Positions 51,933 to 63,642 of a DNA stretch of 64,000 nucleotides are shown here, one piece after another. The position numbers and the translations under genes are program-made. Positions within the stretch are counted from its first letter, which is position 1; the number at the start of each line of letters is the position of its first letter. The notes under the pieces were generated by a model. It saw only the letters and a program-made list of their open reading frames with translations. It searched no databases and was not told the DNA's origin. This DNA is from Sulfolobaceae archaeon (GTDB taxonomy: Archaea; Thermoproteota; Thermoprotei_A; Sulfolobales; Sulfolobaceae), in assembly GCA_038893355.1 (NCBI GenBank), contig JAWARQ010000002.1:168591-232590 (forward strand). The letters run 5' to 3'.

Positions 51933-53173
51933 TAACTTAAATCAGTTCCAGTTTTATCTTTATTTACTATTGCTCCTATTAAGCCTACTATATAGCCGGA
52001 TATTATCAAGAGAAAGTAACCTAAAACATCTCTAGCTATTATTGGTGCTAGAATGAGGGCTACTGCTGAGCCAATATTTGCTGTATTCCATAGGAATCCT
52101 ACAGCGGATGCTCTAACTCTTGTAGGGAACAATTCAGATATATGAGCTAACATTATACCACCTGAAAGTCCTACAAGTCCAACTAAAAGACCGCTTCCTA
52201 AAGTTACGAGGAAAATATTATTACCTAAAAGGAGTATTATTGAAGGATAGCTAAAGATTATACCAATTGCGATGTATAGTATAAATGATCTTTTTCTACC
52301 TAATAGATTACTTAAAGTACCTCCGATGATAGTTAGTATTGCACCTATTATTGATGCAAAGCCTAATGCAGTCAAAACAAAGTCTCTAGGATATCTTAGA
52401 AAGCTTATTAAATACGTTGGCAAAAAACCTAATGTTGAATACGCAACCCAGTAAATTCCGCACAATAAAAGCAAAACCTTTAAGACTTCTTTTCCGTGTT
52501 CTCTAAATAATGTTGCTACTGGAATTCTCTCAATCCTCCCCTTATTCTTTATATCGGAGAATAATGCAGATTCTCCTACAGTAATTCTTAATAATATTCC
52601 AACTATAGCTACTAATAAACCTATGTAAAAAGCGTATCTCCATCCTATACTACTAAATGCGGAACCGAAATATGCAACTAGTCCTAAAAACGTAAAAGCA
52701 GCTAAAGAGTAACCCCAGTAATAACCAGATTGTAATATTCCGCTCGATAATCCTCGAAATCGCTTTTCAGATTCTTCAATTGCTATTAAATGAGAACCAG
52801 AAACCTCTCCTCCTACAAATATTCCTACTATTAACCTTAATAATACAAATAAAATACTAGCTAAAATTCCAATCTCTGAATAGGTAGGTAATACCCCAGT
52901 AAGCGCAGTAGAAATTCCTAACCCTAATAATGTTATCATCATTATTATTCTTCTTCCTAGCCTATCTGCTAGGTTACCAAAAACTATTCCGCCTACTGGT
53001 CTAGCTAATAATGTTAGTGCATAACTTGAAAAAACTAACAATAATTGTGCAGTTGGAGAGAATGTGGGAAAAAATGTGCTAGAAATTATGTTTGTGATAA
53101 ATAATATTAACGTTAGATCAAATACGTCTACAATCCAACCTATTGTGCCCCCTATTAATGCTCTTATGTTCAT
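51929..53173 (-). CDS. MFS transporter (metabolite:H+ symporter family)
   Basis: ARPVGGIVFG, DRLGRR, GGE, GWR, ELFPTRVR. Confidence 0.92.
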   Translation of the reverse strand: MNIRALIGGTIGWIVDVFDLTLILFITNIISSTFFPTFSPTAQLLLVFSSYALTLLARPVGGIVFGNLADRLGRRIIMMITLLGLGISTALTGVLPTYSEIGILASILFVLLRLIVGIFVGGEVSGSHLIAIEESEKRFRGLSSGILQSGYYWGYSLAAFTFLGLVAYFGSAFSSIGWRYAFYIGLLVAIVGILLRITVGESALFSDIKNKGRIERIPVATLFREHGKEVLKVLLLLCGIYWVAYSTLGFLPTYLISFLRYPRDFVLTALGFASIIGAILTIIGGTLSNLLGRKRSFILYIAIGIIFSYPSIILLLGNNIFLVTLGSGLLVGLVGLSGGIMLAHISELFPTRVRASAVGFLWNTANIGSAVALILAPIIARDVLGYFLLIISGYIVGLIGAIVNKDKTGTDLSY

Positions 53174-53215
53174 ATTCTAATTTTTTCTCGTTCTAGTTTA
53201 AAAGTATTAATTACT

Positions 53216-54484
53216 CTAATTAGTTTTTAACGAATATTTAACATATCCATTAGAGATGCTTTCTACATATATTGGATAGCTAAATATTCCAAAGTCATTA
53301 ATATAATAATATGCTGGTATTGACAGATAAAAGTAGAAGCCATTAGTAAACCTATCATAGGGCCATAATCTAGCAGTTTTTACAAAGCCATATTCCCAAT
53401 ACCCCTTTAAATTTATCGGAGCCCATAATGTTGCATTATAAAAACTTCCATTCTGTATAGCAGAGACTTTTAAGTAATTGCCTGTAGAGTTAGTAAATAT
53501 GTATAAATTCACTTTCCATGGTAAATATGGATATATTTTAGAAAATACTGCCACTATAGAATACCCACTATGCCTTTCTTGTCCATCGAAATAAGCACTA
53601 ACTATAAATCTTATTACTAAACAATGGAAGCAAGAATTATTAGGAATCCCATAACCAAAGTTAGTATTATCTCTAATCTCTATTAAGAATGGCCAATAAG
53701 TTACATTATAATAATTATTATAATACATTATCATAGATTTTTCATAACCAAAATCTTGCTGATTTGAATACCAAACATTAAGTTGATTTGGATTAATACT
53801 AAGCCTTCCAGTTGGGAAAATTAAGAGCAGCATGTATGGTTCATCCATGTAATAAGAAGGAGTGCTTTGAGTTCTCGGTAAGCCGAGGGAGGAAATTATT
53901 ATGCTCGTATTATAGTATGGTAAAGCTAATGTAATATTATTTATTCCGAGCGGAGTCATTTCAGGGTAATATATTTTACCCTGAAAGATGTAATCAAAGT
54001 ATGTTTTACTATTACTAACATAGTAATACACGGATGAGTAAATATTAGACTCTGGGATTGGTGCATAATATTTTAAATCACTAAAACCTAAAGAGTATCG
54101 TAAAGCATCGTTTTGATTACCTTGCTGTTGTATATTGGTAACATTTATCCAATACCCATCTCTAGTAACTAAAATAGCCCATGAGGCATTCCCTAAAATC
54201 TCCTTAATAGGAATTCTAGATTGTATAGGGATATCTAACTTCTTAATAGAGTTATTAGGGTAAATTATGTAAGATAAAATTGTTGATTTAGTAGAAATTA
54301 TATAAGGTTCTCCATTTATTAGTAACTCGTTAAGTATTGGTTTATTCATGGCATTATTTATCTCATTTATTGCATCTTGCTGCAAGTTATTTTGATTATT
54401 AATAATTATATATACTAAAGCTAATGAAGAAATTAAAATTAGAATTATTATAATGCTACCTATAACTGTGGATACTCCTTTCAT
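53216..54484 (-). CDS. type IV pilin/archaellin-like surface protein with class III signal peptide (start re-called at MKGVSTVIG)
   Basis: MKG|VSTVIGSIIIILILISSLALVYIII, then N/Y/S-rich domain with many NxS/T sequons. Confidence 0.75.
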   Translation of the reverse strand: MKGVSTVIGSIIIILILISSLALVYIIINNQNNLQQDAINEINNAMNKPILNELLINGEPYIISTKSTILSYIIYPNNSIKKLDIPIQSRIPIKEILGNASWAILVTRDGYWINVTNIQQQGNQNDALRYSLGFSDLKYYAPIPESNIYSSVYYYVSNSKTYFDYIFQGKIYYPEMTPLGINNITLALPYYNTSIIISSLGLPRTQSTPSYYMDEPYMLLLIFPTGRLSINPNQLNVWYSNQQDFGYEKSMIMYYNNYYNVTYWPFLIEIRDNTNFGYGIPNNSCFHCLVIRFIVSAYFDGQERHSGYSIVAVFSKIYPYLPWKVNLYIFTNSTGNYLKVSAIQNGSFYNATLWAPINLKGYWEYGFVKTARLWPYDRFTNGFYFYLSIPAYYYINDFGIFSYPIYVESISNGYVKYSLKTN

Positions 54485-54664
54485 ACCAGCTAATTCATTA
54501 AAAGAATTGAGAGAGATTTCCGAAATTGAATTAAAGAGTCTTTTACGTAATGTAGGTTTCATAAATGGTTTTTATTATATGATGATTGAGAATATACATT
54601 CTTTTTAATTTCTTAACGACTAATATATAGTAGTTTAAGAGATAGAGCTATATAGTTCGAACTG

Positions 54665-54690
54665 TCGAAATTTATAAATATAAATTTCGA
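54665..54690. promoter_or_regulatory. palindrome (12-bp perfect arms) upstream of glutamate synthase
   Basis: tcgaaatttata-aa-tataaatttcga; each arm reads as BRE+TATA. Confidence 0.6.
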
Positions 54691-54780
54691 TGTAAAAGTT
54701 CAATATATAAACTATAATCTACGATAATTTTTCCCATTAACAAATATATAGTTACTTTTACACAACTTTTCGAGATAAGA

Positions 54781-56922
54781 TTGCTTATAATAAACAAGTA
54801 TCTTCAAGTACCAAAATCGGCAGATAAAGAATTTTGGGATATAGAAAGAATAGAGCATATTAGAAAACTAGCATTAACTGGGAAGCCGTATAAAATCTTT
54901 GAAGTTAGAAACTCGTTAAGGATTCTAGATAGAATTCAATTCAAACTTAATGGGGATATAAAAATCTCTGATAATCCAACTGCTAGTACTTCTACTACAA
55001 TAGCAGGAATTTACATGTCTTCCCCATTATATCTTGGAGACATGTCTTATGGTGCACTCAGTGGAAATCCTAATATAGCTATTGCAAGGGTAGCAGATAT
55101 GGCTGAAATACTAGCTGGTAACGGTGAGGGTGGATTACATCCAGAAGTAGGCAAACATAAGAGAATTTTTATCCAGTGGGCTTCTGCAAGATTCGGAATA
55201 GATATTAATGTACTAATGAAAGGTATGGGTGTCGTAATAAAAATAGGTCAGGGTGCAAAACCAGGAATTGGTGGCCATCTCCCTGGAAGTAAGGTTACAG
55301 AACCTATTTCTTTAACAAGAAGAATACCAGTGGGGATCGATGCGATTTCTCCTGCACCCCATCATGATATTTACTCGATAGAGGATCTAGGTCAAAGGAT
55401 AGAAGCATTAAAAGAGGCAACTGGTAAACCAGTATTTGTAAAGGTTGCTGCAACAAATTACATTCCATATATCGTTTCTGGAATTGCAAGAATGGGTGCA
55501 GACGGTGTAATTATAGATGGACATGGTGCAGGTACTGGTGCAACTCCTATTGTAGTGCGAGATAATGTAGGAATACCTATAGAATTAGCTGTAGCTGCTG
55601 CTGATAGCATACTAAAGAGAGAAGGACTAAGAGATAACTTTACGATTATAGCAGCTGGAAGAGTTTCAAGTGCTACGGATGCTGCTAAACTTATAGCATT
55701 AGGTGCAGATGTTGTAAGTGTAGGAACTGCTGCCTTAATAGCAATGGGTTGTATTATGGTTCATAAATGTCATATTGGTTCTTGCCCTACCGCACTTACT
55801 AATAAGATTGATGGAACTAGAGAAGTAGAGCTAGACTTTGCAACAAGAATGTTATATAATTTTGTTAAAGGTTTTACTTTAGAACTTAGCAATATTTTAG
55901 ATAATTTAGGTTTAAAGAATATAAATGAGCTTAAAGGTAGAAGAGATTTATTATATGGTAAAGGTTTATCTAAGGATACGTTAGATGTTTTAGGGATAGA
56001 TGGAGAGGTAGTTGAAATTCCACCTAAACTAGGAGAATTATGGACTAGAAGAAGGAAAGTTTATTTGCACGAATTAGTTAATAAAGGAGATTCAGTTATA
56101 ACCAGTATGGGCAGTATTGCACCACCTGACGTTGAGGAACCTGCTAGAATTATTGATTGGTTAAGGATAGATGGTGCACAGGTTACAAGGCCTTCTATAG
56201 ATCCATATAGAGAAGAAATTGATACTAGCTTTTTACTGAAGGGTGGGAAGTTGTACATATCATTACCTATAATATTTGATGTAAGTGATGTCAAGGAAGA
56301 ATATAGAAGGGCAATTTCATGGGCCTCCTTTGCCTTAAGTACGATGATATTTTCAGAATTTACAGAAGAATCATATCGTGAAATAACTATCTCAAGAGAC
56401 GGTAAGGGAATTGCTAAATGGTCAAAAAGACCAGAATGGGACTCTTACTTACTTATTCCCTCAGATCTTAGCTATTTAGATGAGATTACAGAATTTGACG
56501 GAATTGTTGGAGTTATAATAGATGAAGACATAGGTTCAGAAGATTTAGAGGTTGTAATATCTGATCTTGATACAGAGCTAAAGAAGGCCGGAATAAGAAA
56601 TAGGTATGACATTTTAGCAAAGTCATCTAAAATACGTGATTCTGCTGATGTATTTAAATTGATTGCCTTAGGTGCTGATGCAGTTATAATGTCATCTAAA
56701 ATACTAGAAATAGCAATAGGTGAGGGATCAAAAACTAATTTGAAAGAAAAAGCATTTAATTTAATAGCAGGATTTAAGAAGGAGATAGCATTATTAGCTG
56801 GTGCTGCAGGGGTATACAGTCTACAATCCACACTTACTGGTAATAGAGAATTATTAAGGGCAGTTAACCTCAATAGTAGAATAAGAAGCAGAATTAGAGT
56901 TAAGGTGGCTGGATCCTTATGA
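54781..56922 (+). CDS. gltB: glutamate synthase FMN-binding subunit (with second degenerate FMN-barrel half)
   Basis: [48 protein letters not shown]-x5-C-x4-CP. Confidence 0.9.
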   Translation: MLIINKYLQVPKSADKEFWDIERIEHIRKLALTGKPYKIFEVRNSLRILDRIQFKLNGDIKISDNPTASTSTTIAGIYMSSPLYLGDMSYGALSGNPNIAIARVADMAEILAGNGEGGLHPEVGKHKRIFIQWASARFGIDINVLMKGMGVVIKIGQGAKPGIGGHLPGSKVTEPISLTRRIPVGIDAISPAPHHDIYSIEDLGQRIEALKEATGKPVFVKVAATNYIPYIVSGIARMGADGVIIDGHGAGTGATPIVVRDNVGIPIELAVAAADSILKREGLRDNFTIIAAGRVSSATDAAKLIALGADVVSVGTAALIAMGCIMVHKCHIGSCPTALTNKIDGTREVELDFATRMLYNFVKGFTLELSNILDNLGLKNINELKGRRDLLYGKGLSKDTLDVLGIDGEVVEIPPKLGELWTRRRKVYLHELVNKGDSVITSMGSIAPPDVEEPARIIDWLRIDGAQVTRPSIDPYREEIDTSFLLKGGKLYISLPIIFDVSDVKEEYRRAISWASFALSTMIFSEFTEESYREITISRDGKGIAKWSKRPEWDSYLLIPSDLSYLDEITEFDGIVGVIIDEDIGSEDLEVVISDLDTELKKAGIRNRYDILAKSSKIRDSADVFKLIALGADAVIMSSKILEIAIGEGSKTNLKEKAFNLIAGFKKEIALLAGAAGVYSLQSTLTGNRELLRAVNLNSRIRSRIRVKVAGSL

Positions 56923-58886
56923 TTCATCCATCTGGTTGCGGTATTTTAGGAATACTTAGGAGAGAAAACTCTCCGAAAATTCCTGGTTATAAAGTTCTCA
57001 GAGCTATTGAAAGGGTAAGATATAGGGGTAGTGATAAAGGGGCAGGATTTGCTGTATTTAATCTTGATAATAAAAATTATTATATTGTAAAAATGTTTTA
57101 TTTTGGTGACAAATCAGAATTATTAGAATATTTAAAAGAATATGATTTAAGAGTTAAAGATTTTGAAATAGAATTTCAAAATAATAACTATTGTAGTTGT
57201 AAATTTTATATTAATTCTGATGATATTATTAAATTAAGAAAATCATTTAGAAATATAAATGAAATTCTATGGAATATTAATATGAAAGGAAGAATTTACA
57301 GTATTGGTTCTTCCTTACAAGTTTTTAAAGGAGTAGGATATCCTTCTGATGTTGCAAAATTATATAATATAGAAAATATGGAAGGTGATTTATGGTTAGC
57401 ACATACTAGACAACCCACAAACTCTCCTGGCTACTTTCCCTACTGGTCTCATCCATTTTCTGGATTTAATATAGCAATAGTACATAACGGTGATATTAGT
57501 TCTTTCGGAGCTAATATGGAATTTTTAAGTTCTAGGGGCTGGGGTGGTTTCGTAGGTACTGATAGCGAGGTAATAGCTTACTTATTTGAAGAATTAATAA
57601 ATGAAGGGCTAAGTGTAGAAGAGGTTGTAAAGATTCTTGTAAATCCCTCTAAAAGAGTTCAAATACTAGAAAGGGAAGTTGAATATTTTTATCGCGGTGC
57701 CAGACTCGATGGTCCATTTACTGCTATAATTGCATATGATAGTGGTGACGATTTATACTTAATAGGAATAGCAGATAGGTCTAAGTTTAGGCCAGTTATA
57801 ATTGGAAGAGATGATAATTACTATTATATAGCTAGTGAAGAGAATGAAATAAGAGAAATTAATCCTCATGCAAAGGTTTGGACATTAAAGCCCGGTTCTT
57901 ATTTCATTGCATCTATGAAAAGAGGAATTATAAGTTTAGGTAGGAGTGAAGAGGAAGTTAACTCCTTTTCCTCACCGGCTGTAATTATTCCTGAAAAATA
58001 CGATATATTAGCAATAAATATGAGTTATAAAGAATTAAATGTTAAAATTGCAGAAATGTTAAAGTATAAGGACGAGGTAGTAGTAGCAGGAGTAATGGGA
58101 CATAGATTTATAGGTATTAATTTACCACGACTGGGAATATCTAATAAGAGAATTGTATTATATGGAGTAGTAGGTAATGCTTTAGCTAATTTAAATGAAT
58201 CAAATGAATTTTATGTATATGGAAATGTAGCAGATGACTGTGCAGATACAATGCATGGAGGTAAGATAGTTATTATGGGGGATGCAAGAGATGTCTTAGC
58301 TCAAACTTTCCAAAATGGTAAGATCTTTGTTCGTGGGAATGCAGGAAACAGAGTAGGTATACAAATGAGAGAATATAGAGATAAAAGACCATATTTAATA
58401 ATTGGAGGAATGGTTGACGACTATCTAGGAGAATATATGGCTGGTGGTGTAATATTAGTATTAGGAATTGGTATAAGAGGTGAACCAGTAGGTAATTATA
58501 TAGGAACTGGCATGGTAGGTGGTAGAATATATATTAGGGGCAAGATTTCACCATCTAGAATAGGTCTTCAACCGAATAAATTAGAGTTAGTAAATTTACT
58601 TCGGGCATTGTTACTAGAAGGGTATCTCGAAATAGAAGAATTTGAAGAACTTAAAGACAAGTCCTATATTGATATTATGGATAAGCTTAAAGGAGAGGCT
58701 AAGAGATTTGCAATGAAATTATTTGAAGAGAAAATAGGTATACCTAGATATGAATATAGAGAATTAACTGAAGAGGAGTTTAAGGAACTCTTGCCGATTG
58801 TTAGAGAATATAGTAGGGATGTAGGTATTGATGCTACTGAATATCTAAAAGAGAAATTTACAGTAATTACTGCACGAAGAAAGTAA
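56919..58886 (+). CDS. glutamate synthase amidotransferase plus GXGXG domain subunit
   Basis: CGI Ntn N-terminus, [20 protein letters not shown]; GEYMAGG repeats. Confidence 0.9.
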   Translation: MIHPSGCGILGILRRENSPKIPGYKVLRAIERVRYRGSDKGAGFAVFNLDNKNYYIVKMFYFGDKSELLEYLKEYDLRVKDFEIEFQNNNYCSCKFYINSDDIIKLRKSFRNINEILWNINMKGRIYSIGSSLQVFKGVGYPSDVAKLYNIENMEGDLWLAHTRQPTNSPGYFPYWSHPFSGFNIAIVHNGDISSFGANMEFLSSRGWGGFVGTDSEVIAYLFEELINEGLSVEEVVKILVNPSKRVQILEREVEYFYRGARLDGPFTAIIAYDSGDDLYLIGIADRSKFRPVIIGRDDNYYYIASEENEIREINPHAKVWTLKPGSYFIASMKRGIISLGRSEEEVNSFSSPAVIIPEKYDILAINMSYKELNVKIAEMLKYKDEVVVAGVMGHRFIGINLPRLGISNKRIVLYGVVGNALANLNESNEFYVYGNVADDCADTMHGGKIVIMGDARDVLAQTFQNGKIFVRGNAGNRVGIQMREYRDKRPYLIIGGMVDDYLGEYMAGGVILVLGIGIRGEPVGNYIGTGMVGGRIYIRGKISPSRIGLQPNKLELVNLLRALLLEGYLEIEEFEELKDKSYIDIMDKLKGEAKRFAMKLFEEKIGIPRYEYRELTEEEFKELLPIVREYSRDVGIDATEYLKEKFTVITARRK

Positions 58887-59017
58887 GTTTATTATTTTTG
58901 ACAATTCCTTTTAATTTTTAACAGTATATCTTGTTTTCACAGCTAATATCATATTTTAAAAACTTTTGAAAGAAGGTTTTTATCATACTATTCAAGAATA
59001 TTTAGTAGTGAATTAGA

Positions 59018-60733
59018 ATGACATTAAAGGATGTTATTAATAATATACTACAGCTAGATAAGGACTGGGTTACAAGAATAACAATGGCAATGATAGTAAT
59101 GTCATTAATATGGGGAATACTTGGAGTAATTGACGGTTTAATGATTAGAATTCAAGAAGCCTCATGGGGTCTTTCTGCAACATTGCCTTTAACTCCACAA
59201 GAATATTATGCTGCAGTAACTCTTCATGGTGAAAGGACGTTATTTGGTTTTGCACAACAATTAGTATTTGCAGTTTTTATATATTTTACTTTCAAACTTT
59301 TACCAATTCAACCCAAATTTAAAAAAGTGCCAGAGATAGCATTCATACTTCTTAATTTAGGCATGATGCTAATGGAAGGCCCTATATTACTAATAAGCGG
59401 TCCTGGTTTTGATAACTACTTTCCAGCGACGTCTTGGTATTACTTAGCCCCACTAGGATTGCCAGGATTTTCTAACTATGTTGTAACTCCTTTATTCTAT
59501 TTAGGTTGGTTACTTAACGATGTTTTCGTTTATTTAGTTGGGTTATGGTTAGTATACCATTATTATCTTTTCTCTAGTCAAATTAAGGAAAAATTACCAA
59601 TACCTATCCTATTCTTCTTTGTAAATATTTTATTATTCTTATTAGGTTATTCTGGAGTTTTTGCAGCAAATATTTGGGACATACTCGCCTTTTATGGAAT
59701 TTTAAGCTTTAATTCTCTAGCTAATCAAATATTATTCTGGATTTTTGGACACGCGATAGTATATATGCTATGGCTTCCTGCAGTGAGTATTCTTTATTTA
59801 CTAATACCAACACTATCTAATAGGCCTTTATTTAGTGAAAAAATGGCGAGAATCTCCGCATGGCTTTATTTATTCTTTTCTGGAATAGTACCTATTCATC
59901 ATCTTTATATGGTTAACCTAGACCCTACCTTAAAATTGTTACAAGAAGTTATGACTTATGGTGTAGTTATACCATCCATGTTGACATTTTTTAATTTATG
60001 GGCTACTACTAAAGGTGCAAAAGTAAGGTGGAATATTATTTCTGCTTTTACAGTAACTTCTTTTGCAGGATCAATAGGCGCGGGTGTAACAGGTATTTCT
60101 AATGCTACAGTAGCATTTGATGCTATAGTCCATAACACTTTATGGGTAGTGGGCCATTTTCATACTATGATCCTCTTTGGAATAGTTCCAGCAGCAATGG
60201 CACTAATATACTTTACGATACCCCTAATTGCTGGGAGAAATTGGTTCTCATCTTTCCTAGCATGGTTTCATTTCTGGGGCTATATAATAGGTGCAGGAAT
60301 AATGGTAGTATTTTTTGATCAATTAGGCTTAATAGGAATTTTAAGAAGGACAGAGATCTATCCTAGAATACCTATAGTGATAAATTCTGAAGTTATGTTA
60401 ACAATAGGTGCATTTATAGCTAGTATTTCTACTTTATCCTGGTTTATAAATTTAGTATTTACCCTACTTAGAGGAAGACCAGTAAAGTTAGAAGGACTAG
60501 GAATTGGAAAAGTTATAGAAAGAGTGGCATTATCACTTGAACCAGTTCAGCTACCGCCGGGCTTACTTAGGGGTATTTCTACTAACTCATTATTTTTAGC
60601 GATAGGCGTAATTCTACTAATTTCTGGCATATTAGTGCTTTTCTTTAGTGTAGAGATAACTTGGATAATTTTGCTTACAATTGGAGCATTTCTAATTACT
60701 TACTTTGCACTTAGATTAGTAAAGGGGGTGTGA
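59018..60733 (+). CDS. doxB: heme-copper terminal (quinol) oxidase subunit I, DoxB type
   Basis: [28 protein letters not shown]; QLDKDW N-terminus as recalled for DoxB. Confidence 0.85.
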   Translation: MTLKDVINNILQLDKDWVTRITMAMIVMSLIWGILGVIDGLMIRIQEASWGLSATLPLTPQEYYAAVTLHGERTLFGFAQQLVFAVFIYFTFKLLPIQPKFKKVPEIAFILLNLGMMLMEGPILLISGPGFDNYFPATSWYYLAPLGLPGFSNYVVTPLFYLGWLLNDVFVYLVGLWLVYHYYLFSSQIKEKLPIPILFFFVNILLFLLGYSGVFAANIWDILAFYGILSFNSLANQILFWIFGHAIVYMLWLPAVSILYLLIPTLSNRPLFSEKMARISAWLYLFFSGIVPIHHLYMVNLDPTLKLLQEVMTYGVVIPSMLTFFNLWATTKGAKVRWNIISAFTVTSFAGSIGAGVTGISNATVAFDAIVHNTLWVVGHFHTMILFGIVPAAMALIYFTIPLIAGRNWFSSFLAWFHFWGYIIGAGIMVVFFDQLGLIGILRRTEIYPRIPIVINSEVMLTIGAFIASISTLSWFINLVFTLLRGRPVKLEGLGIGKVIERVALSLEPVQLPPGLLRGISTNSLFLAIGVILLISGILVLFFSVEITWIILLTIGAFLITYFALRLVKGV

Positions 60734-60736
60734 GTT

Positions 60737-61771
60737 ATGAAGAATGAAGATCTTGAATTTATTTGGCTTGCTATTGTTCTTGTACTATTAATAGTTTTAG
60801 TAATCTTAACTGCAGGTCCAATATTTAATGACGTAGGAGGTGTTCCGACCTCTGTTACGCAAATTCCTAATAATGTTCCAGTGATAAATGTCAAACTTAT
60901 CGCAAATCAATATTATTTTAAAGTATATGAAACTGGTTTAATTGAATCAAAAGTTATAAAAGATAATATAAGCCTACCTTACTATAATAATATTATAATA
61001 GCAAAGATCGGATCATGGTTAAACATAACAATGATCTCTAATGACGTTACCCATAACTTATATGTACCAATATTTAATACAAAAGTAATTAATGTACAAA
61101 TTTTACCACAAATTAAACAATATGCATCAATGCCAGTACCATCCATTCCCGGATTCTATACCTTCCTAGGTGGAGAATATAGTGGGCCCTGGTACGCTTA
61201 TGAAGTGGGAGGCATCTTAGTGTTGCCTCAAGATGGACAATATTATAGCTTAAATGAATTATCTAAATATATTCAGACTACACAGGCTGCACATAATGGG
61301 CAATTAAATGGTGATCCATATAATCCGCCAATTTTTGTTTATAATACTACTTCACCTATTATATATTTAAAAGGTAATGAATATGGAATTTTTAATAATT
61401 CAATACCAGGCCCTACTATAGTAGTTAATAAAAATTCGGATGTAAGGTTAAAAATATTTATTCCGAGACCAAATAATGATTATAACTATTTATATAACTA
61501 TACTAACGGGGAACCAAATCCTATAACTCTTAGATTAGGAGTATATGCAGTATGGTGGAATGGTACTATTACTGAGGTTAAGGAATTTAGTGTAAATTAT
61601 GATAGTGAAATGGAAATTTCATTTAAGGCAATAGCGCCTGCCTATATCTATGGAATGATAGAACCAGTGTATTATGTATATAATGTTGCAAATATGTCGA
61701 ATTTGTTTAATGGAATTCAGAAGGGGTATATTATGGGTTTATGGGGTATAATTTTAGTTACGGGTGATTAA
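60737..61771 (+). CDS. doxC: terminal oxidase subunit DoxC
   Basis: N-terminal TM plus cupredoxin-like DVTH...GEYSG lacking CuA cysteines; follows doxB. Confidence 0.75.
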   Translation: MKNEDLEFIWLAIVLVLLIVLVILTAGPIFNDVGGVPTSVTQIPNNVPVINVKLIANQYYFKVYETGLIESKVIKDNISLPYYNNIIIAKIGSWLNITMISNDVTHNLYVPIFNTKVINVQILPQIKQYASMPVPSIPGFYTFLGGEYSGPWYAYEVGGILVLPQDGQYYSLNELSKYIQTTQAAHNGQLNGDPYNPPIFVYNTTSPIIYLKGNEYGIFNNSIPGPTIVVNKNSDVRLKIFIPRPNNDYNYLYNYTNGEPNPITLRLGVYAVWWNGTITEVKEFSVNYDSEMEISFKAIAPAYIYGMIEPVYYVYNVANMSNLFNGIQKGYIMGLWGIILVTGD

Positions 61772-61973
61772 TATGGCAGATTTATTTAAGTTACTAGGAA
61801 TAGGATATTTATTTGCAGTATTGTTATTAGTATGGGAATTAATAAGTATAACATTGAGTAATGCGGCAAGAGAATACACTTTACCATTTACCATAATAGC
61901 ATTATTTGGAATGTTAATATTCTTTATAATAGTTTACTACGCAGGTTTAGTTTATGATAAAAAGTCAAAATAA
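61764..61973 (+). CDS. doxE: small two-TM oxidase subunit DoxE
   Basis: Two hydrophobic helices; third gene of doxBCE arrangement. Confidence 0.7.
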   Translation: MINMADLFKLLGIGYLFAVLLLVWELISITLSNAAREYTLPFTIIALFGMLIFFIIVYYAGLVYDKKSK

Positions 61974-62690
61974 TTTTTTAAAATTATTTTCTATTATATT
62001 TATTATTTCATTATAATCCATGTTTTTTATTTCTGCCAGTTTTTTAATAGTTAGCATTACATTACAAGGCTCATTTCTTTTACCCTTTTCTGGACCTAGA
62101 AATGGAGAATCCGTTTCTGTAAGTATATTTTCTATATTAACTTCTTTTGCGACCGCTAGCCTATACTTGTCTCTAATTAGTACTGGAGGAAAGGATATAT
62201 ATCCATTCATATCTACTATTTTTAATGCATCTTTTATACTTCCTTCATATGCATGGATTACAAATTTAACATTATATGAGGATAGTATTTGAATTAAATC
62301 TCTAATACTACCTCTATTGTGAAGTATTACTGGCTTTCTAGTCTTTTCTGCTACCTCCAAGAATTGATGAAGTACTTCTTTTTGTTTTTTCCTTAATTTT
62401 TCATCTTTAATCCAGTAGTAATCTAAGCCTACTTCACTTATAGCCCTAGCTTCTTTTACTAACTTAATACAATCGTCAATTTCATTATCTGCTTTTTCAA
62501 TAAACTCAGGATGAAAACCTACAGCAGGAATTATATTCCTATACTTTCTTGCCAATTCGATTGTTTTAATATTACTATTTTTATCAACTCCCGCATTTAC
62601 TATAATTATATCACATTTTGAAATTACTAATTCTCTATCACTATCAAAATCTTTTAAATCGATGTGAGCATGAACATCAATTAGTGTCAT
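61965..62690 (-). CDS. tatD: TatD family hydrolase
   Basis: DVHAH, GFHP, EVGLDY, LHNR, ETDSP, RNEP. Confidence 0.93.
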   Translation of the reverse strand: MTLIDVHAHIDLKDFDSDRELVISKCDIIIVNAGVDKNSNIKTIELARKYRNIIPAVGFHPEFIEKADNEIDDCIKLVKEARAISEVGLDYYWIKDEKLRKKQKEVLHQFLEVAEKTRKPVILHNRGSIRDLIQILSSYNVKFVIHAYEGSIKDALKIVDMNGYISFPPVLIRDKYRLAVAKEVNIENILTETDSPFLGPEKGKRNEPCNVMLTIKKLAEIKNMDYNEIINIIENNFKKLF

Positions 62691-62723
62691 TGAATATTAA
62701 GTACTTTCAAAAACAATATAACT

Positions 62724-62888
62724 TTATCTCCAAGGTTCTCTTAACACTTGAATTTTAACAACATTTTCGTTTTCGTCAAAAATTACTTTTACTAAATCCC
62801 CCTCTCTTATCTGAAATTTTTGCCTTATTTTCGCAGGTATAGTAACTTGATAATTTCGAGATACTTTTACTATTTCTTCAATTGGCAT
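62724..62888 (-). CDS. AbrB/MazE/SpoVT family DNA-binding protein (54 aa, absent from ORF track)
   Basis: MPIEEIVKVSRNYQVTIPAKIRQKFQIREGDLVKVIFDENENVVKIQVLREPWR*. Confidence 0.9.
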   Translation of the reverse strand: MPIEEIVKVSRNYQVTIPAKIRQKFQIREGDLVKVIFDENENVVKIQVLREPWR

Positions 62889-63101
62889 ATTATCTCTATT
62901 ATTATATTACCACATTACTAGAATATAAATCTTCTGTCGAAATTGTTATTATCTCTTTACATTATTAAATGATAAAATTCTTCCTACAAAAATTAAAACT
63001 GAGTGGAATTATTTAGGTTTAAATTCTATAAGAATATAATATAATATAATTTATACATTAAAGCTGATATTGAAATACATTTCTAGCTATATATCACAAA
63101 A

Positions 63102-63133
63102 ATTGCTTTATACTTATATTGCTTTATACTTAT
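63102..63133. repeat. 16-bp tandem duplication in promoter region
   Basis: attgctttatacttat x2. Confidence 0.8.
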
Positions 63134-63218
63134 TGCATTTTAGTATTACAGTAGGCTATTAACATTAAGGAAAAAATTATATATATAACAGATACTGAAT
63201 TATTATTTGTGAATAACT

Positions 63219-63611
63219 ATGTCCCAATCCCAAGTTTCTACAAGTGGTGTAAGAATTAAGTTACCATCTGGTAAGGATGCAGGACTAGTTGATATACTTT
63301 CGTTCTGTTATGGTCTTTCAGAAACTGATGTACAAGTATTAATGGCGTTAACTAAAGGAGAAGCAAAAGGTACCGAAGATTTAGAAAATGATTTAAGATT
63401 ATCGAAAGCTTCGATAAATAGAAGTTTAAATAAATTAGTAGAGTTAGGGTTAGTTACTAGAATAAAGGAATCAGGAAATAAAGCAGGAAGGCCAAGGTAT
63501 TTATATAAGGCCAAGGATTATAAAGAGCTTAAAGAGAAATTATTAGGAGATATAAAATCTTGTGCAGAAGAAATGGCAAAATTAATAGAAGCAGAGTTTA
63601 AACAGATGTAA
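63219..63611 (+). CDS. Lrs14-family winged-helix regulator
   Basis: FCYGLSETD, SKASINRSLNKL, GRPRYLY. Confidence 0.85.
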   Translation: MSQSQVSTSGVRIKLPSGKDAGLVDILSFCYGLSETDVQVLMALTKGEAKGTEDLENDLRLSKASINRSLNKLVELGLVTRIKESGNKAGRPRYLYKAKDYKELKEKLLGDIKSCAEEMAKLIEAEFKQM

Positions 63612-63642
63612 ATTTATTTTTGATTAAACCTCTTTCATATAT

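Noticed and set aside
56472-56927. 151-aa antisense ORF (and the many other 60-105 aa ORFs nested in long genes)
   Set aside because: Fully overlap well-supported genes and have shadow-frame composition.
62724-62888. Toxin-antitoxin pair (AbrB gene)
   Set aside because: The downstream gene is tatD, not a PIN/MazF toxin.
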